NCBI RefSeq assembly: GCF_014697575.1
Contig: NZ_JACJSC010000008.1
Coordinates: 1-29,074 of the forward strand
DNA: 29,074 nt
DNA from: Planktothrix sp. FACHB-1365
GTDB taxonomy: Bacteria; Cyanobacteriota; Cyanobacteriia; Cyanobacteriales; Microcoleaceae
Direction of reading: 5' to 3'
The notes beneath the pieces were generated by a model, which was not told the DNA's origin, ran no database searches, and was given only the letters and a program-made list of their open reading frames with translations. Below, in pieces: positions 1-9,142 of the stretch (position 1 is the first letter of the stretch; every line of letters begins with the position of its first letter). A program made the translations under genes and the position numbers.

Positions 1-503
1 GGCGAAATAACATTGAAGAGGTTTCAATGTGAATGCGCTGATGTTCTATTCCCATGATTAACGCCCACAGGGGATAATCGGGAAGAATTGGCAAAGTAAT
101 CGGCGTTTTTTCAATAAATTCTGATAGGATTTCTAAGACTTGTTCTCGATATTTCCAAGCCGAGGTAACGTCTGGCCATTCCAAATGAGCGATCGCTTGA
201 TTTAATTCGGTGGGTGTTGCGGGATCAACCCCAACTCCAAACAGAATTTCATAGTCCTGATTAAGGCTTTCTTCTAATAATCCAACGCGCATTAATTTAT
301 TGATATAGAAAGCCGCCGAGTGTCCGAGATAAAAAATAAGCGGATTTCTCAAAGGGTCAGGATTTAGATAAAATGTATCTTCTCCGACTAAACTTTTTAG
401 GAGTAGATCTTCGAGTTGCCAAGCTTCCTGAAAATAATTGAGGAGGGTTTGGCGATCGCAACAATCTAGTTGGGGAGGACAATTAGATGTCAGAGTCTTC
501 ATG
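1..503 (-). CDS. EgtB/OvoA-family sulfoxide synthase, N-terminal DinB-like domain. The start codon is at 503 and the gene runs off the window start.
   Basis: A minus-strand ORF starts at the ATG whose complement is 501-503 and stays open to position 1. Its translation is MKTLTSNCPPQLDCCDRQ...DPLRNPLIFYLGHSAAFYINKLM...MGIEHQRIHIETS. It has the HX3HXE iron-binding motif (IEHQRIHIE) and the PLIFYxGH block typical of EgtB/OvoA DinB-like domains. It is absent from the ORF track because it is open at the window edge. Confidence 0.5.
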
Positions 504-608
504 GTTAATGGAAATGAATGTTTTTTGAGAATTAAACCCGATTTTTGGGGGTTATATTCCTTGATTTTATCAATAAAGATGTCTGATTTTATAAATTATT
601 ATTAAAAC

Positions 609-650
609 AGGGAGTAGAGATCAGGGTTAATTTTCTCTACTCCCTTTTAA
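609..650 (-). terminator. Rho-independent terminator hairpin downstream of the DUF1232 gene
   Basis: A perfect 12-bp inverted repeat, AGGGAGTAGAGA (609-620) and TCTCTACTCCCT (634-645), flanks a 13-nt loop. T-rich tracts follow on both strands. It lies 20 nt past the stop of the minus-strand gene ending at 672. Confidence 0.55.
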
Positions 651-671
651 GATTTATATCAAAAAATTAAT

Positions 672-977
672 CTAGCTGACAGAAACGTCTACAACGGTTT
701 GATCACGGTTGACAGATTCAACTTCATTAACCTCTGTCCCTTGGCGGGTTTGTTTGCGACGGTTTAAACCTTCAATCAGTAATTGTGATACTTCAGTGAC
801 TAAAATGGTCGCAATTATCCCATCATCTAACCATCCGACAACGGGTAGAAAGTCAGGAGAAATATCCACCGGACTCAATAAATAAATCAAGCTTCCTAAA
901 ATAACAACCCAACGATATTTTGTATTCCGTAAGGTAACGCGATACCAATTATAAAAGGATTGAATTAAGTTTTTCAT
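672..977 (-). CDS. DUF1232 (YkvA-like) small membrane protein
   Basis: The 101-aa product carries the DUF1232 signature LLSPVDISPDFLPVVGWLDDGI and one hydrophobic helix. Confidence 0.7.
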   Translation of the reverse strand: MKNLIQSFYNWYRVTLRNTKYRWVVILGSLIYLLSPVDISPDFLPVVGWLDDGIIATILVTEVSQLLIEGLNRRKQTRQGTEVNEVESVNRDQTVVDVSVS

Positions 978-1133
978 TTCAGAGTCCTAATGTTGTCTAT
1001 CTATTTATAAAATGACAAATTTAACTTAGATCGAGAAGTGTAGAAAACCCTGTATTGTTGTAGGGATGTTTCACCAGAGATGTTTCCGTAATGGTGAGGT
1101 TGTTAGATGTAGGGTTTTATTTTAAATTCCTAA

Positions 1134-2102
1134 TTACTGATGACTGATAATCACCTGGACTTTTGCCCCTAAATCTATTTTTAATTGTTGTTGAGCATTT
1201 CCCCCATTCATGGCAATTTCTAACCACTGATGAGAACCTACTAACGCCACCAATTGACCCGATGGCACATCTCCATAGGTTTCACCTTTTGGAATCAGAC
1301 AAGATAAACCCGCAAGTTGATATTGTTCTGTTTGCAATATTTTTTTAGAATTTTTCTTGTTTTTAAGCTTATTTTTTTGGGGTTTGCGGTTTTTATCTTT
1401 GGTCTTTTTCTTACCTTTACTGATTGCTATATACCAGTTTTTATCCGCAATCGCTTCCCCAGGAATATTGGTGACTAAATTTCCAAATCCATCAATATAT
1501 TGAATACATCCTTCTATACCAAAATTAGTTAACTGATAGGACGGTAAAGATAACCGCACTAAGGTTTTGGGGTCAATGAAGGTTCCCAATTGTTCAAGGG
1601 GAATACCAGAGGCTAAATGAGCACCAACCGCCGCAAAAATATCTCGACCATGAAAGGTTGTACTTGGTTGAGTCGTTCGCCAATATTGAGGATTATTCAA
1701 TTCAATCGCCATAATTTCAGAAGATTCTAAATGATTAGAATTAATTTCATTTTTAGAAGTTAAAAAAGGTTCTAATAGTCCCGTTAATAATCCATTGTCC
1801 GGCCCAACTAAATAACTGTTTTTAAATTGAATCGCGATCGCTCGTCGTTGGGTTCCTACCCCAGGATCAACCACAGCAATATGAACGGTTCCTTCTGGGA
1901 AATAGGAATAAGCATTCATTAAACAAAATCGGGACATAGCAATATTTTGAGGGGGGATTTCATGGGTTAAGTCAATGATATTAATTTGAGGATTAATTTG
2001 ACTAATTACCCCTTTCATTACCCCAACATAAATATCTTTTGAGCCAAAATCTGTTAAAAGTGTTATGATTGGATAATTTGGTAACATCATAAATCTTATC
2101 AA
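1134..2102 (-). CDS. S-adenosyl-L-methionine hydroxide adenosyltransferase (DUF62, chlorinase/fluorinase-like family) carrying a Lys-rich low-complexity insertion
   Basis: The N-terminus ITLLTDFGSKDIYVGVMKGVI is the DUF62 signature. The core continues through HIAVVDPGVGT. At 322 aa it is about 50 aa longer than typical members, because of the insert KGKKKTKDKNRKPQKNKLKNKKNSKK. The real start may be the internal Met (MLPNYPIITLLTDFG), about 15 nt downstream of the track start. Confidence 0.8.
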   Translation of the reverse strand: MIRFMMLPNYPIITLLTDFGSKDIYVGVMKGVISQINPQINIIDLTHEIPPQNIAMSRFCLMNAYSYFPEGTVHIAVVDPGVGTQRRAIAIQFKNSYLVGPDNGLLTGLLEPFLTSKNEINSNHLESSEIMAIELNNPQYWRTTQPSTTFHGRDIFAAVGAHLASGIPLEQLGTFIDPKTLVRLSLPSYQLTNFGIEGCIQYIDGFGNLVTNIPGEAIADKNWYIAISKGKKKTKDKNRKPQKNKLKNKKNSKKILQTEQYQLAGLSCLIPKGETYGDVPSGQLVALVGSHQWLEIAMNGGNAQQQLKIDLGAKVQVIISHQ

Positions 2103-2117
2103 TTAATAAAAATAAAA

Positions 2118-2969
2118 ATGAACAGTCAATGGGAAAGTTTTCTAAAAAATCTGGGAGAATGGCAAGGATCTTTTACCCAGTTCTCAGCCCAAGGAGAACT
2201 CATTAATGATATTCCCAGTCATCTTACCCTAGAAAGTTTTAATGAGAATCAAACAGCCCGCCTAACCCTAAAACGATTTTATCCTAATTCTGATCCAACA
2301 CTTGAACCGGAAATTAAAGAATTAGTTCGAGAATACCAATCTCTGGGACGAGATATTTTATTTTTTGAGAATGGTGCTTTTTCTCAAGGAACTATTCAAC
2401 TGTCTCCAATTTCAAAATCCGGTGCAGAGTTTGGGTTTATTCATGAAAATCGACGGTTGCGTCTAGTACAATTATTTAATCTTGAGGGTTATTTAGAAAG
2501 CTTAACTTTAATTCGAGAAAAACGTCAGGGAAGCAATGATATTGAACGCCCTTCTTTAACCCTTGAAGCCTTATTAGGAGAATGGCAAGGTGAAGGAATT
2601 ACCCTTTATCCTGATTTACGTTCTCCTGATATTTATCCAACTCGAATGCAGTTGCAATTAGAGTCTGATAGTGAATATCAACTGCTGCAAAATTTAACGT
2701 TTGGGGTTCAGGACATTAAAATATCTTCAAAGGCAAAAATTCAGGGTTCAATAATTCGCTTTGATCAAGGGAAAAACCCAGTTAGAGTCATATTATTACC
2801 GGATGGATCATCTGCTACAATTCCTGAACGAGTAGAGTTAAGAAAACCCTTCTTTTTTGAAGCAGGTTGGTTAATTAAGCCTGACCTCAGACAGCGTTTA
2901 ATTCGCCAATATAATGATAAAGGTGAATGGGTGAGTTTAACTTTAGTTACTGAGCATAAACAATCATAG
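2118..2969 (+). CDS. Conserved hypothetical protein with an internal two-fold duplication (possibly a DUF3598-like cyanobacterial family)
   Basis: The 283-aa ORF has even coding composition. The two halves begin with matching motifs, LKNLGEWQGSFT and EALLGEWQGEGIT. Its start is only 15 nt from the divergent DUF62 start. Confidence 0.55.
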   Translation: MNSQWESFLKNLGEWQGSFTQFSAQGELINDIPSHLTLESFNENQTARLTLKRFYPNSDPTLEPEIKELVREYQSLGRDILFFENGAFSQGTIQLSPISKSGAEFGFIHENRRLRLVQLFNLEGYLESLTLIREKRQGSNDIERPSLTLEALLGEWQGEGITLYPDLRSPDIYPTRMQLQLESDSEYQLLQNLTFGVQDIKISSKAKIQGSIIRFDQGKNPVRVILLPDGSSATIPERVELRKPFFFEAGWLIKPDLRQRLIRQYNDKGEWVSLTLVTEHKQS

Positions 2970-3017
2970 ATAGGAAGTTTTGTCACCTAAAATTAGAGTT
3001 CTTCAGTTAGAGGGCTA

Positions 3018-3052
3018 GAGGGCGAGAAAACCTCGCCCCTACAGATTTTTAC
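3018..3052. terminator. Bidirectional terminator hairpin between convergent genes
   Basis: A GC-rich 7-bp stem, GGGCGAG (3020-3026) and CTCGCCC (3032-3038), flanks a 5-nt loop and is followed by ATTTTTA. It sits between the + gene ending at 2969 and minus-strand rtcB ending at 3049. Confidence 0.4.
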
Positions 3053-4230
3053 CCTTTGACGCAGAGAATTTGTTTTAAAGTGGCTACGACTTCAACTAAA
3101 TCCGATTGTTGTTTCATGACTTCATCAATGGGTTTATAAGCACCCGGAATTTCATCAATCACTCCTTCATCCTTGCGGCATTCAATTCCTTGAGTTTGTT
3201 GAATTAAATCATCCAGACTAAATTTTTTTTTGGCTTTACTCCGAGACATTAATCGCCCTGCGCCGTGGGAACAACTACAGTAACTATCATGATTTCCCTT
3301 GCCTTTAACAATAAAAGATTTTGCTCCCATTGAACCGGGAATAATCCCATAATCTTGTTCTGCTGCGCGAACTGCACCTTTACGAGTAACATAAACTTCC
3401 TCGCCAAAATGCACTTCTTTTTCCGAATAATTATGATGACAATTCACCTCTAATAAAGGTTTAGTGGGTTTACCTCCCGCAACGGCTTTTTCTACAATTC
3501 GTTTAAACCGTGCCATCATAATGTCTCGGTTAAATCGTGCATAATGTTGTGCCCATTGTAAATCATTCCAATAGGCTGCAAATTCGGGAGTTCCTGATAC
3601 AAAATACGCTAAATCAGGGTCAGGAAGTTTAAGTTCAGCTAATTTTGCGAGGTGTTTTGCCGTGTCAATATGATTCTGGGCTAACATATTACCAATATGA
3701 CGAGAACCCGAATGTAACATTAACCAAATATTGTTTTCTGCATCTAAACACAGTTCAATAAAATGATTTCCGCCTCCTAAAGATCCCATTTGTTTCATTG
3801 CTTTTGATTCTAAGTTTTGAACTTTAGAATGCAAGTCTTTAAAATTTCGCCATCCTTGCCAGTTGGTAACAGCTTTTTCAATGTCTTTATTGTCATTAAA
3901 TCCGACTGGAATAGCAGCTTCAATTTCTTGGCGAATTTTTTTGAGTTTTCCCTCGACTTGTTCGCCCGTAAAAGGTAATTTTAGCGCACACATCCCACAA
4001 CCCACATCAACCCCCACAGCCGCAGGAATAATGGCTTCTTTTGTAGCAATAACAGAACCGACTAATGCCCCTTTTCCTAAGTGAACATCGGGCATTAAAG
4101 CAACGTGCTTAAACACAAAGGGCAAAGAAGCGACGTTTTTTGCCATTTTGGTTTCTTCGGAACCTAACTCATGATTTGCCCAAGATAGGACGGGTTTAGG
4201 GGTGGAAAGATTTAAGGTTTCGTAAGGCAT
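3049..4230 (-). CDS. rtcB: RNA-splicing ligase RtcB (3'-phosphate/5'-hydroxyl RNA ligase)
   Basis: The 393-aa product has hallmark RtcB blocks: the DVGCGM metal site, GGGNHF, NCHHNY and CSHGAGR. Its length is typical for bacterial RtcB. Confidence 0.9.
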   Translation of the reverse strand: MPYETLNLSTPKPVLSWANHELGSEETKMAKNVASLPFVFKHVALMPDVHLGKGALVGSVIATKEAIIPAAVGVDVGCGMCALKLPFTGEQVEGKLKKIRQEIEAAIPVGFNDNKDIEKAVTNWQGWRNFKDLHSKVQNLESKAMKQMGSLGGGNHFIELCLDAENNIWLMLHSGSRHIGNMLAQNHIDTAKHLAKLAELKLPDPDLAYFVSGTPEFAAYWNDLQWAQHYARFNRDIMMARFKRIVEKAVAGGKPTKPLLEVNCHHNYSEKEVHFGEEVYVTRKGAVRAAEQDYGIIPGSMGAKSFIVKGKGNHDSYCSCSHGAGRLMSRSKAKKKFSLDDLIQQTQGIECRKDEGVIDEIPGAYKPIDEVMKQQSDLVEVVATLKQILCVKG

Positions 4231-4337
4231 AAGAGTTTTATAGGAGATCTAAATATACATCTATGTCAATAATATTACATTTATACTACATTGTCAAGAG
4301 GTGTGCAGATTTATGATAGGGTTAAGTTAAGTGAACT

Positions 4338-4402
4338 AGAAACCGGGTTTCTCAACAGATCTTAATTTGATGCCATTAATCTCCCATAGAAACCCGGTTT
4401 CT
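4338..4402. promoter_or_regulatory. Pair of 15-bp near-palindromes, AGAAACC(G/C)GGTTTCT, in the rtcB/acetyltransferase divergent intergenic region
   Basis: AGAAACCGGGTTTCT sits at about 4338-4352 and AGAAACCCGGTTTCT at about 4388-4402. Each is preceded by TA and the centres are 50 bp apart. Each is internally dyad-symmetric, as expected for a dimeric regulator operator. Confidence 0.35.
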
Positions 4403-4442
4403 GACGGCGATCATTTCCCTTTAAACCAAACTAAAATCTCCT

Positions 4443-5096
4443 ATGTATTCAACTAACCCGCAAATTGAATTTCAGCAAATTCAGCATCTTGATCACCCTG
4501 ATTTTGAGAATGCGATCGCTCTTTATGAACAAACATTTCCGTCTCAAGAAAAAATCCCGATTTCTTGGATACGAGAAGCAATTTTAACTCAAAAAACTCA
4601 ATTATGGGGCGGTTATTATCAAGAAGAATTCGCCCTAATGTCAATTTTATATCCCCTTCCCAGTTCTAATTTTATTCTATTAGCTTATTTAGCAACAGTT
4701 CCCCATTTGAGGAATATTAAAATTGGGTCTAAATTTTTAAAATATCTAATAGATTTAGAGAAAAGAGAGTCTAAATCGTTGATTTTAGAAGTTGAACATC
4801 CTGACTTTGGCGAAAATCGAGAATTAAAGCAGCGTAGAATTCAATTTTATCAACGGTTGGGAGCTAAAAAATTACAGGATATTGTATATATTTTACCAGC
4901 TTTAGATGGAACTAAAACTACAGAAATGATATTAATGATGATTTCTGATACAAATTCAGAAAAGCTCGAAAAAACCGTTGTTAAACAGTTAATTCGAGAG
5001 TTATATACAGAAGTTTATCGTCGTCATCCTGATGATCCGATTTTTAATTGGATTGAAAATATTAAAGATGATATTATTATTCTTACTGATAACTGA
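4443..5096 (+). CDS. Putative GNAT-family N-acetyltransferase
   Basis: The 217-aa product has a GNAT motif-A-like segment, LLAYLATVPHLRNIKIGSKFLKYLID. I recognise no stronger family signature. Its stop lies inside the heptamer repeat array. Confidence 0.4.
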   Translation: MYSTNPQIEFQQIQHLDHPDFENAIALYEQTFPSQEKIPISWIREAILTQKTQLWGGYYQEEFALMSILYPLPSSNFILLAYLATVPHLRNIKIGSKFLKYLIDLEKRESKSLILEVEHPDFGENRELKQRRIQFYQRLGAKKLQDIVYILPALDGTKTTEMILMMISDTNSEKLEKTVVKQLIRELYTEVYRRHPDDPIFNWIENIKDDIIILTDN

Positions 5097-5162
5097 TAAC
5101 TGATAACTGATAACTGATAACTGATAACTGATAACTGATTATTGATAACTGATTATTGATTC
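5085..5162. repeat. STRR-like heptanucleotide tandem repeat (CTGATAA)n: 7 perfect units plus about 4 degenerate units (CTGATTA or TTGATAA)
   Basis: The array is visible directly as gataactgataactgataactg...gattattgataactgattattgatt. It spans the stop of the + GNAT-like gene and abuts the stop of the minus-strand TPR gene. Coordinates are uncertain by about 1 nt: my manual indexing disagreed with the ORF track by 1 nt here. Confidence 0.9.
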
Positions 5163-6466
5163 ATTTGACGGTTAACAATATCAATTTTTTTCACAAAATA
5201 ATCTTCTCGATATTTTAACTGTTGTGCTAACGCTAATCCTTGTTGAAAGGCTGCGATCGCAGATTGATAGGCTTTTTGTGATAAATAGATATCGCCAATT
5301 TGATCATAAGCATTCATCATGCCATAATAGTTATAAGCTTGTTGATTGACTAAAACTTGAGCTTGATAAATATCTAAAGCGGTTTTAATTTGATTTTGAG
5401 AGCGATAAAGTTTCCCCAGTCTTCCTAATGCTTCGCTGGCGTTATCAAACTGTTGAATAGAGGTCGCAATACTGTAGGCTTCTTGATAGGTTAATCCGGC
5501 TTGTTCAAATTGTCCTAATTTTTCATAATTCCCACCAATTGCTAATTTAATTTCGGGAATGGGAAATAAATTAGGTTGATTTGCATAATAGCCTGCTAGT
5601 CTTTCCCGAACAGAAATAGCTTTTAAATATTCTCCAATTTGTTCATAAATAAATGCTAATTGTTGTAGCGATCGCACTTCACTGGCTGGCGGTGTTGGGT
5701 TGGGATTTTCTGGTGTCGCAGGTTGGGGTTGAGGCGGTGGCACATCTCCTCGTATTGTGCGAATTTCCTGCTGTAATTCTAACAGTTTTTCATAGGTTTC
5801 TGCGGCGTTGGGATAATCTAACCAATTCATATAAATTTGAGCAATTTCATTAAAATATTGTTCTTCTGCTAAAATATCTTGACTTTTGTTAGCTGTTTCT
5901 AATAAAGTTTGATAAACAGTTAAAGCTTGTGTTTTGGCTCTAACATTTTTAAAGGCTAATCCCAATAATTGCCATAATTCCAAATTATTATTTTTTTCTG
6001 TTTGCAGTTTTTGTAAAATTTGATCCAGACGTTCAGTGATAAATTTTATATAGAGTCGTTGACTATTATTCCAAGCAATTAATCCCACCCGATTTAAAGC
6101 AGCAATTTCTTGAGATAATCCGAAATAACGACGAATTCTTAACTCTCGGTTCCATAATTCAAACGCACCCGGAATATTTTGGGCGGCTAATAAGGCGGTT
6201 GCTTCTGCATTTAATTTGACTAATTCTGGTTCTAAGATTTCCTGTTGACTTTGACCTAAAATTTGTCCTTCAGAGGGAGGAGAAGGAAGTAAAGGATCAG
6301 GTTCTTTACTGAATAAGGGGTTAGGAGAAAAATCATCAAGTAGAGGTTTTTCGGGTTCAGTTTCTTTTTCTTTTTGTTTTTGGGCGATCGCAATTTCGGT
6401 ATTTCCGAAACCAGATAAAAGGATAGTAACAACCATTACAAGAGTGAGGTTTTTACGATTGCTCAT
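5153..6466 (-). CDS. Secreted tetratricopeptide-repeat (TPR) protein with a Pro-rich segment
   Basis: The N-terminal signal peptide is MSNRKNLTLVMVVTILLSGFGNTEIAIAQ. Pro-rich linkers follow (PDPLLPSPPSEG and PPPQPQPATPENPNPTPP). Multiple TPR-like helical repeats fill the rest (AxxYxxLG-type motifs). Confidence 0.7.
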   Translation of the reverse strand: MSNRKNLTLVMVVTILLSGFGNTEIAIAQKQKEKETEPEKPLLDDFSPNPLFSKEPDPLLPSPPSEGQILGQSQQEILEPELVKLNAEATALLAAQNIPGAFELWNRELRIRRYFGLSQEIAALNRVGLIAWNNSQRLYIKFITERLDQILQKLQTEKNNNLELWQLLGLAFKNVRAKTQALTVYQTLLETANKSQDILAEEQYFNEIAQIYMNWLDYPNAAETYEKLLELQQEIRTIRGDVPPPQPQPATPENPNPTPPASEVRSLQQLAFIYEQIGEYLKAISVRERLAGYYANQPNLFPIPEIKLAIGGNYEKLGQFEQAGLTYQEAYSIATSIQQFDNASEALGRLGKLYRSQNQIKTALDIYQAQVLVNQQAYNYYGMMNAYDQIGDIYLSQKAYQSAIAAFQQGLALAQQLKYREDYFVKKIDIVNRQMNQ

Positions 6467-6599
6467 AAAGTTAAAAGGGTATTTTTAAAAGATATTATAG
6501 CAAGCATCAATTAATTGTACCCTAAAAGTAACCGTCAATCTACTAAAAGTTTATAAAATATGGGATAATAGCAAAATTAGCATTCGGGAGGAAAGGAAA

Positions 6600-7745
6600 T
6601 TGAAAGCAATCAAAAAATACAATCGTCTTTTTAAAAGCCTAACAATCTTATTCTGTAGTCTAATTTTGTTAACCGCTTGTTCCATTCCCCAAGTATCCGC
6701 CGAGGATCGAATGTTTGTTGATTTATCCTTAAATTTTTTAGAAAAATATGAACTCTCGATCCCAATAATATCAGACGATCAACCTGTAAATCAGTTATCA
6801 TCTCTAACTTATCAAGTTCCAGGGTATGGAACCTCAACGGATAGCAAAATACAATTTTATGGATTATCAGATGCAGTAACAGCAGAGTCTCCAGCGAAAT
6901 TTTACACCTTTAACTTTAACTTAGATCCGTCCGAATCTATCCCTTTAAAAGATATCACCATAGAAGGATTTACACAACTCAAGGATAAACAAGATCAACC
7001 GCTTTTAGAAAATCAAGTTTATCCTGAAAGTATTGCATTTTCTCCTCGTAACTCAGTCTTTATTGCAACAGAAAATTTAGAAAATATTAACACTCCTCCC
7101 TTAATTGCTGAATACGATTTAAAAACAGGACAATTAAAAAATACTGTTCCTCTTTCTCCGTTTTATCTTCCCCAATTTAATGAATCTGAACAAACCCAAG
7201 GAGTCGAACCTCAATTTGGCTTTAAAGGGTTAACAATTTCTCCCGATGGCTTTAGTCCCGATGGTCGAGATCCCTTCAGATTATTTACGGTGACTGAAAA
7301 ACCGTTAATTCAAGATCGAGATTCTGAACAAGCCACTAAATTAAGATTATTGCATTATGTCATCGCAGATAGAGCTTCTTTTCTAGTTTCTGAAACCTTA
7401 TATCTACTAGATGAAACCTCTCAACGCTTAGTGGATATTGCAGCGGCTAAAGGGGGAATATTACTGAGTTTAGAACAATCAAAAGACACGGGTAAAATTT
7501 ATCAATTATTTACTGGAGATGCAACGGACACCTCTCGTATGGTGAGTTTACAAGGAGACTTAATTAAAGTACAACCTGTGCGAAAAAAATTATTACTTGA
7601 TTTAAAAGATTTAGGAATCCCTTTACAACAGTTAAGCGGAATGACGTTAGGCTCTCGTTTACCCGATGGAAGCCAAAGTTTAGTGATTTTGAATCAGCAG
7701 GATGATAGAACTCAGTTTTTATTATTGAGTTTGAAACAAAGTTGA
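6600..7745 (+). CDS. Hypothetical lipoprotein, probably a periplasmic beta-rich protein
   Basis: The track start is TTG, preceded by the strong SD GGAGGAAAGG. The lipobox is LILLTAC within MKAIKKYNRLFKSLTILFCSLILLTACS. The 381-aa product has no family I can name with confidence. Confidence 0.6.
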   Translation: MKAIKKYNRLFKSLTILFCSLILLTACSIPQVSAEDRMFVDLSLNFLEKYELSIPIISDDQPVNQLSSLTYQVPGYGTSTDSKIQFYGLSDAVTAESPAKFYTFNFNLDPSESIPLKDITIEGFTQLKDKQDQPLLENQVYPESIAFSPRNSVFIATENLENINTPPLIAEYDLKTGQLKNTVPLSPFYLPQFNESEQTQGVEPQFGFKGLTISPDGFSPDGRDPFRLFTVTEKPLIQDRDSEQATKLRLLHYVIADRASFLVSETLYLLDETSQRLVDIAAAKGGILLSLEQSKDTGKIYQLFTGDATDTSRMVSLQGDLIKVQPVRKKLLLDLKDLGIPLQQLSGMTLGSRLPDGSQSLVILNQQDDRTQFLLLSLKQS

Positions 7746-7783
7746 ATTGGATGGCGACTAATAATTAAGAATATAATAGTAGT

Positions 7784-9142
7784 TTAACGGTAAAATCGTC
7801 TTACTAAACTTCTAAGACCCAAAAAACCTAATTGATTCAACAGTTTAAGCCATTCTCCCAAGGACGCTGATTTTTTATAGTAGATGCGAATTAGATGGAT
7901 AGCAGCATCTCCAATTGTTTTCATGGACTTTAAGCGTTTTCCTTGTTTCAATAATTCTGAAAAAGCTAATATCGCCTGAGACCAATTTTCAGAATATTCA
8001 TATAATCTGGCTCGATTAGCTAGTACATTAAGCCGCTTAATATCCCCATAATCTAACTGATTATAAGCGTTTTCGGCTAGATCTAAATATTGTTCAGATG
8101 CTTCAAAATTGGGCTGCTCACCTTTGCTATAAGCAGCAGCAGCTAAAACATAAATATTACCTTCAATTTCAGGAAAAGATAGCTGATTTGTTCCAATTCC
8201 TAACTCTTTTGCTTTCTTTAACTGTTGAAGGGACTCTTCCAAAAGAGCTTGAGATCTTAGAAAATGACTTTGTTTATATTCTAACCAACCCATTCCATAA
8301 TAACTCAAGGCAAGAAAATACCAATTTTCTGTTGTTTCACATAATTCTTGAGCTTCTAAGAAAACTAATTCCGCTTCGTTGGTTTGGTTAAGGTTTAAAT
8401 GAGCAATTCCCTGGCTATAAAGAATCCGACCCAAATCAAAATAATTCTCAATTTTTCGCAAAATTGATGCTGATTCTTGATAACAACTAATAGCTAGATT
8501 ACTTTTCTCAAATCGATCATAGGAACTACCTAGATTCGCTAATGTATTTGCTTGTAAATAAAGATGATTTTGCTGTTCAAATAATTTTAAAGCCTGCAAA
8601 AGATGCCATTCTGCATCATCAGGTTGATTAGAACGTTGAAGTGCTATTCCCGCTCCTAAATGATTCCAAGCTAAAAACATTGGGTCGCCTGCTTCTTGAC
8701 TGGCTAAAATTCCTGCTTGATGATAGTCTATAGATTTTTGAAGTTGACCAATTTCTTCGAGATAACGTCCTAAACCACAATATAACCAAGGTGCATCTGT
8801 TCCTACACCTTTAGCAATTTCTTGTTCAGTCCAATTTCCCCAATCTCGCCAATCTTGAGTTAATTCACAATAGTTAAATATTACTCGACAATAATCTCTT
8901 CTATTTTGTTGATTAACATCATAATTCTGTTGATTAACATCATCATTAATTTGCTCAAAAATCTCTCGCAATTGCACAATAATTTCTGTTACTGATTCTG
9001 ATTTTTCTGGTTGATTACTAAATAATTGCTCATTAAGTTTTTGAGCTTTTTTTAACAAGTTTTGGCTCCAAATAGCTTCAGTAGAATCCCATAAATTTAG
9101 AAAATTTTGAATTTGAGCAAAATTACTTGGCAAGTTGTTCAT
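7784..9142 (-). CDS. TPR-repeat sensor-like protein, separate C-terminal partner of the upstream HTH-NB-ARC NTPase
   Basis: The 452-aa all-helical repeat protein has TPR-like motifs throughout. Its start overlaps the stop of the NB-ARC gene by 20 nt in a different frame, indicating translational coupling. Confidence 0.7.
   Translation of the reverse strand: MNNLPSNFAQIQNFLNLWDSTEAIWSQNLLKKAQKLNEQLFSNQPEKSESVTEIIVQLREIFEQINDDVNQQNYDVNQQNRRDYCRVIFNYCELTQDWRDWGNWTEQEIAKGVGTDAPWLYCGLGRYLEEIGQLQKSIDYHQAGILASQEAGDPMFLAWNHLGAGIALQRSNQPDDAEWHLLQALKLFEQQNHLYLQANTLANLGSSYDRFEKSNLAISCYQESASILRKIENYFDLGRILYSQGIAHLNLNQTNEAELVFLEAQELCETTENWYFLALSYYGMGWLEYKQSHFLRSQALLEESLQQLKKAKELGIGTNQLSFPEIEGNIYVLAAAAYSKGEQPNFEASEQYLDLAENAYNQLDYGDIKRLNVLANRARLYEYSENWSQAILAFSELLKQGKRLKSMKTIGDAAIHLIRIYYKKSASLGEWLKLLNQLGFLGLRSLVRRFYR

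Noticed and set aside
1163-1348. 61-aa + strand ORF
   Set aside because: It lies entirely antisense within the well-supported DUF62 gene, over its low-complexity region. It is a shadow ORF.
2765-2986. 73-aa minus-strand ORF
   Set aside because: It is antisense to the 3' end of the 2118-2969 gene. It has no RBS and its composition is odd.
3863-4084. 73-aa + strand ORF inside rtcB
   Set aside because: It is a shadow ORF antisense to a high-confidence RtcB coding region.
4453-4644. 63-aa minus-strand ORF
   Set aside because: It is antisense within the GNAT-like gene.
5085-5162. Possible CRISPR array (also considered for 10535-10594 and 21790-22320)
   Set aside because: The repeats are 7-27 nt and directly tandem with no unique spacers. 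No cas genes are present. These are simple tandem repeats.
5653-5853. 66-aa + strand ORF
   Set aside because: It is antisense within the secreted TPR gene. It is generated by the Pro-rich GC-rich tract.
6631-6837. 68-aa minus-strand ORF
   Set aside because: It is antisense within the lipoprotein gene.
8098-8391. 97-aa + strand ORF
   Set aside because: It is antisense within the TPR partner gene.
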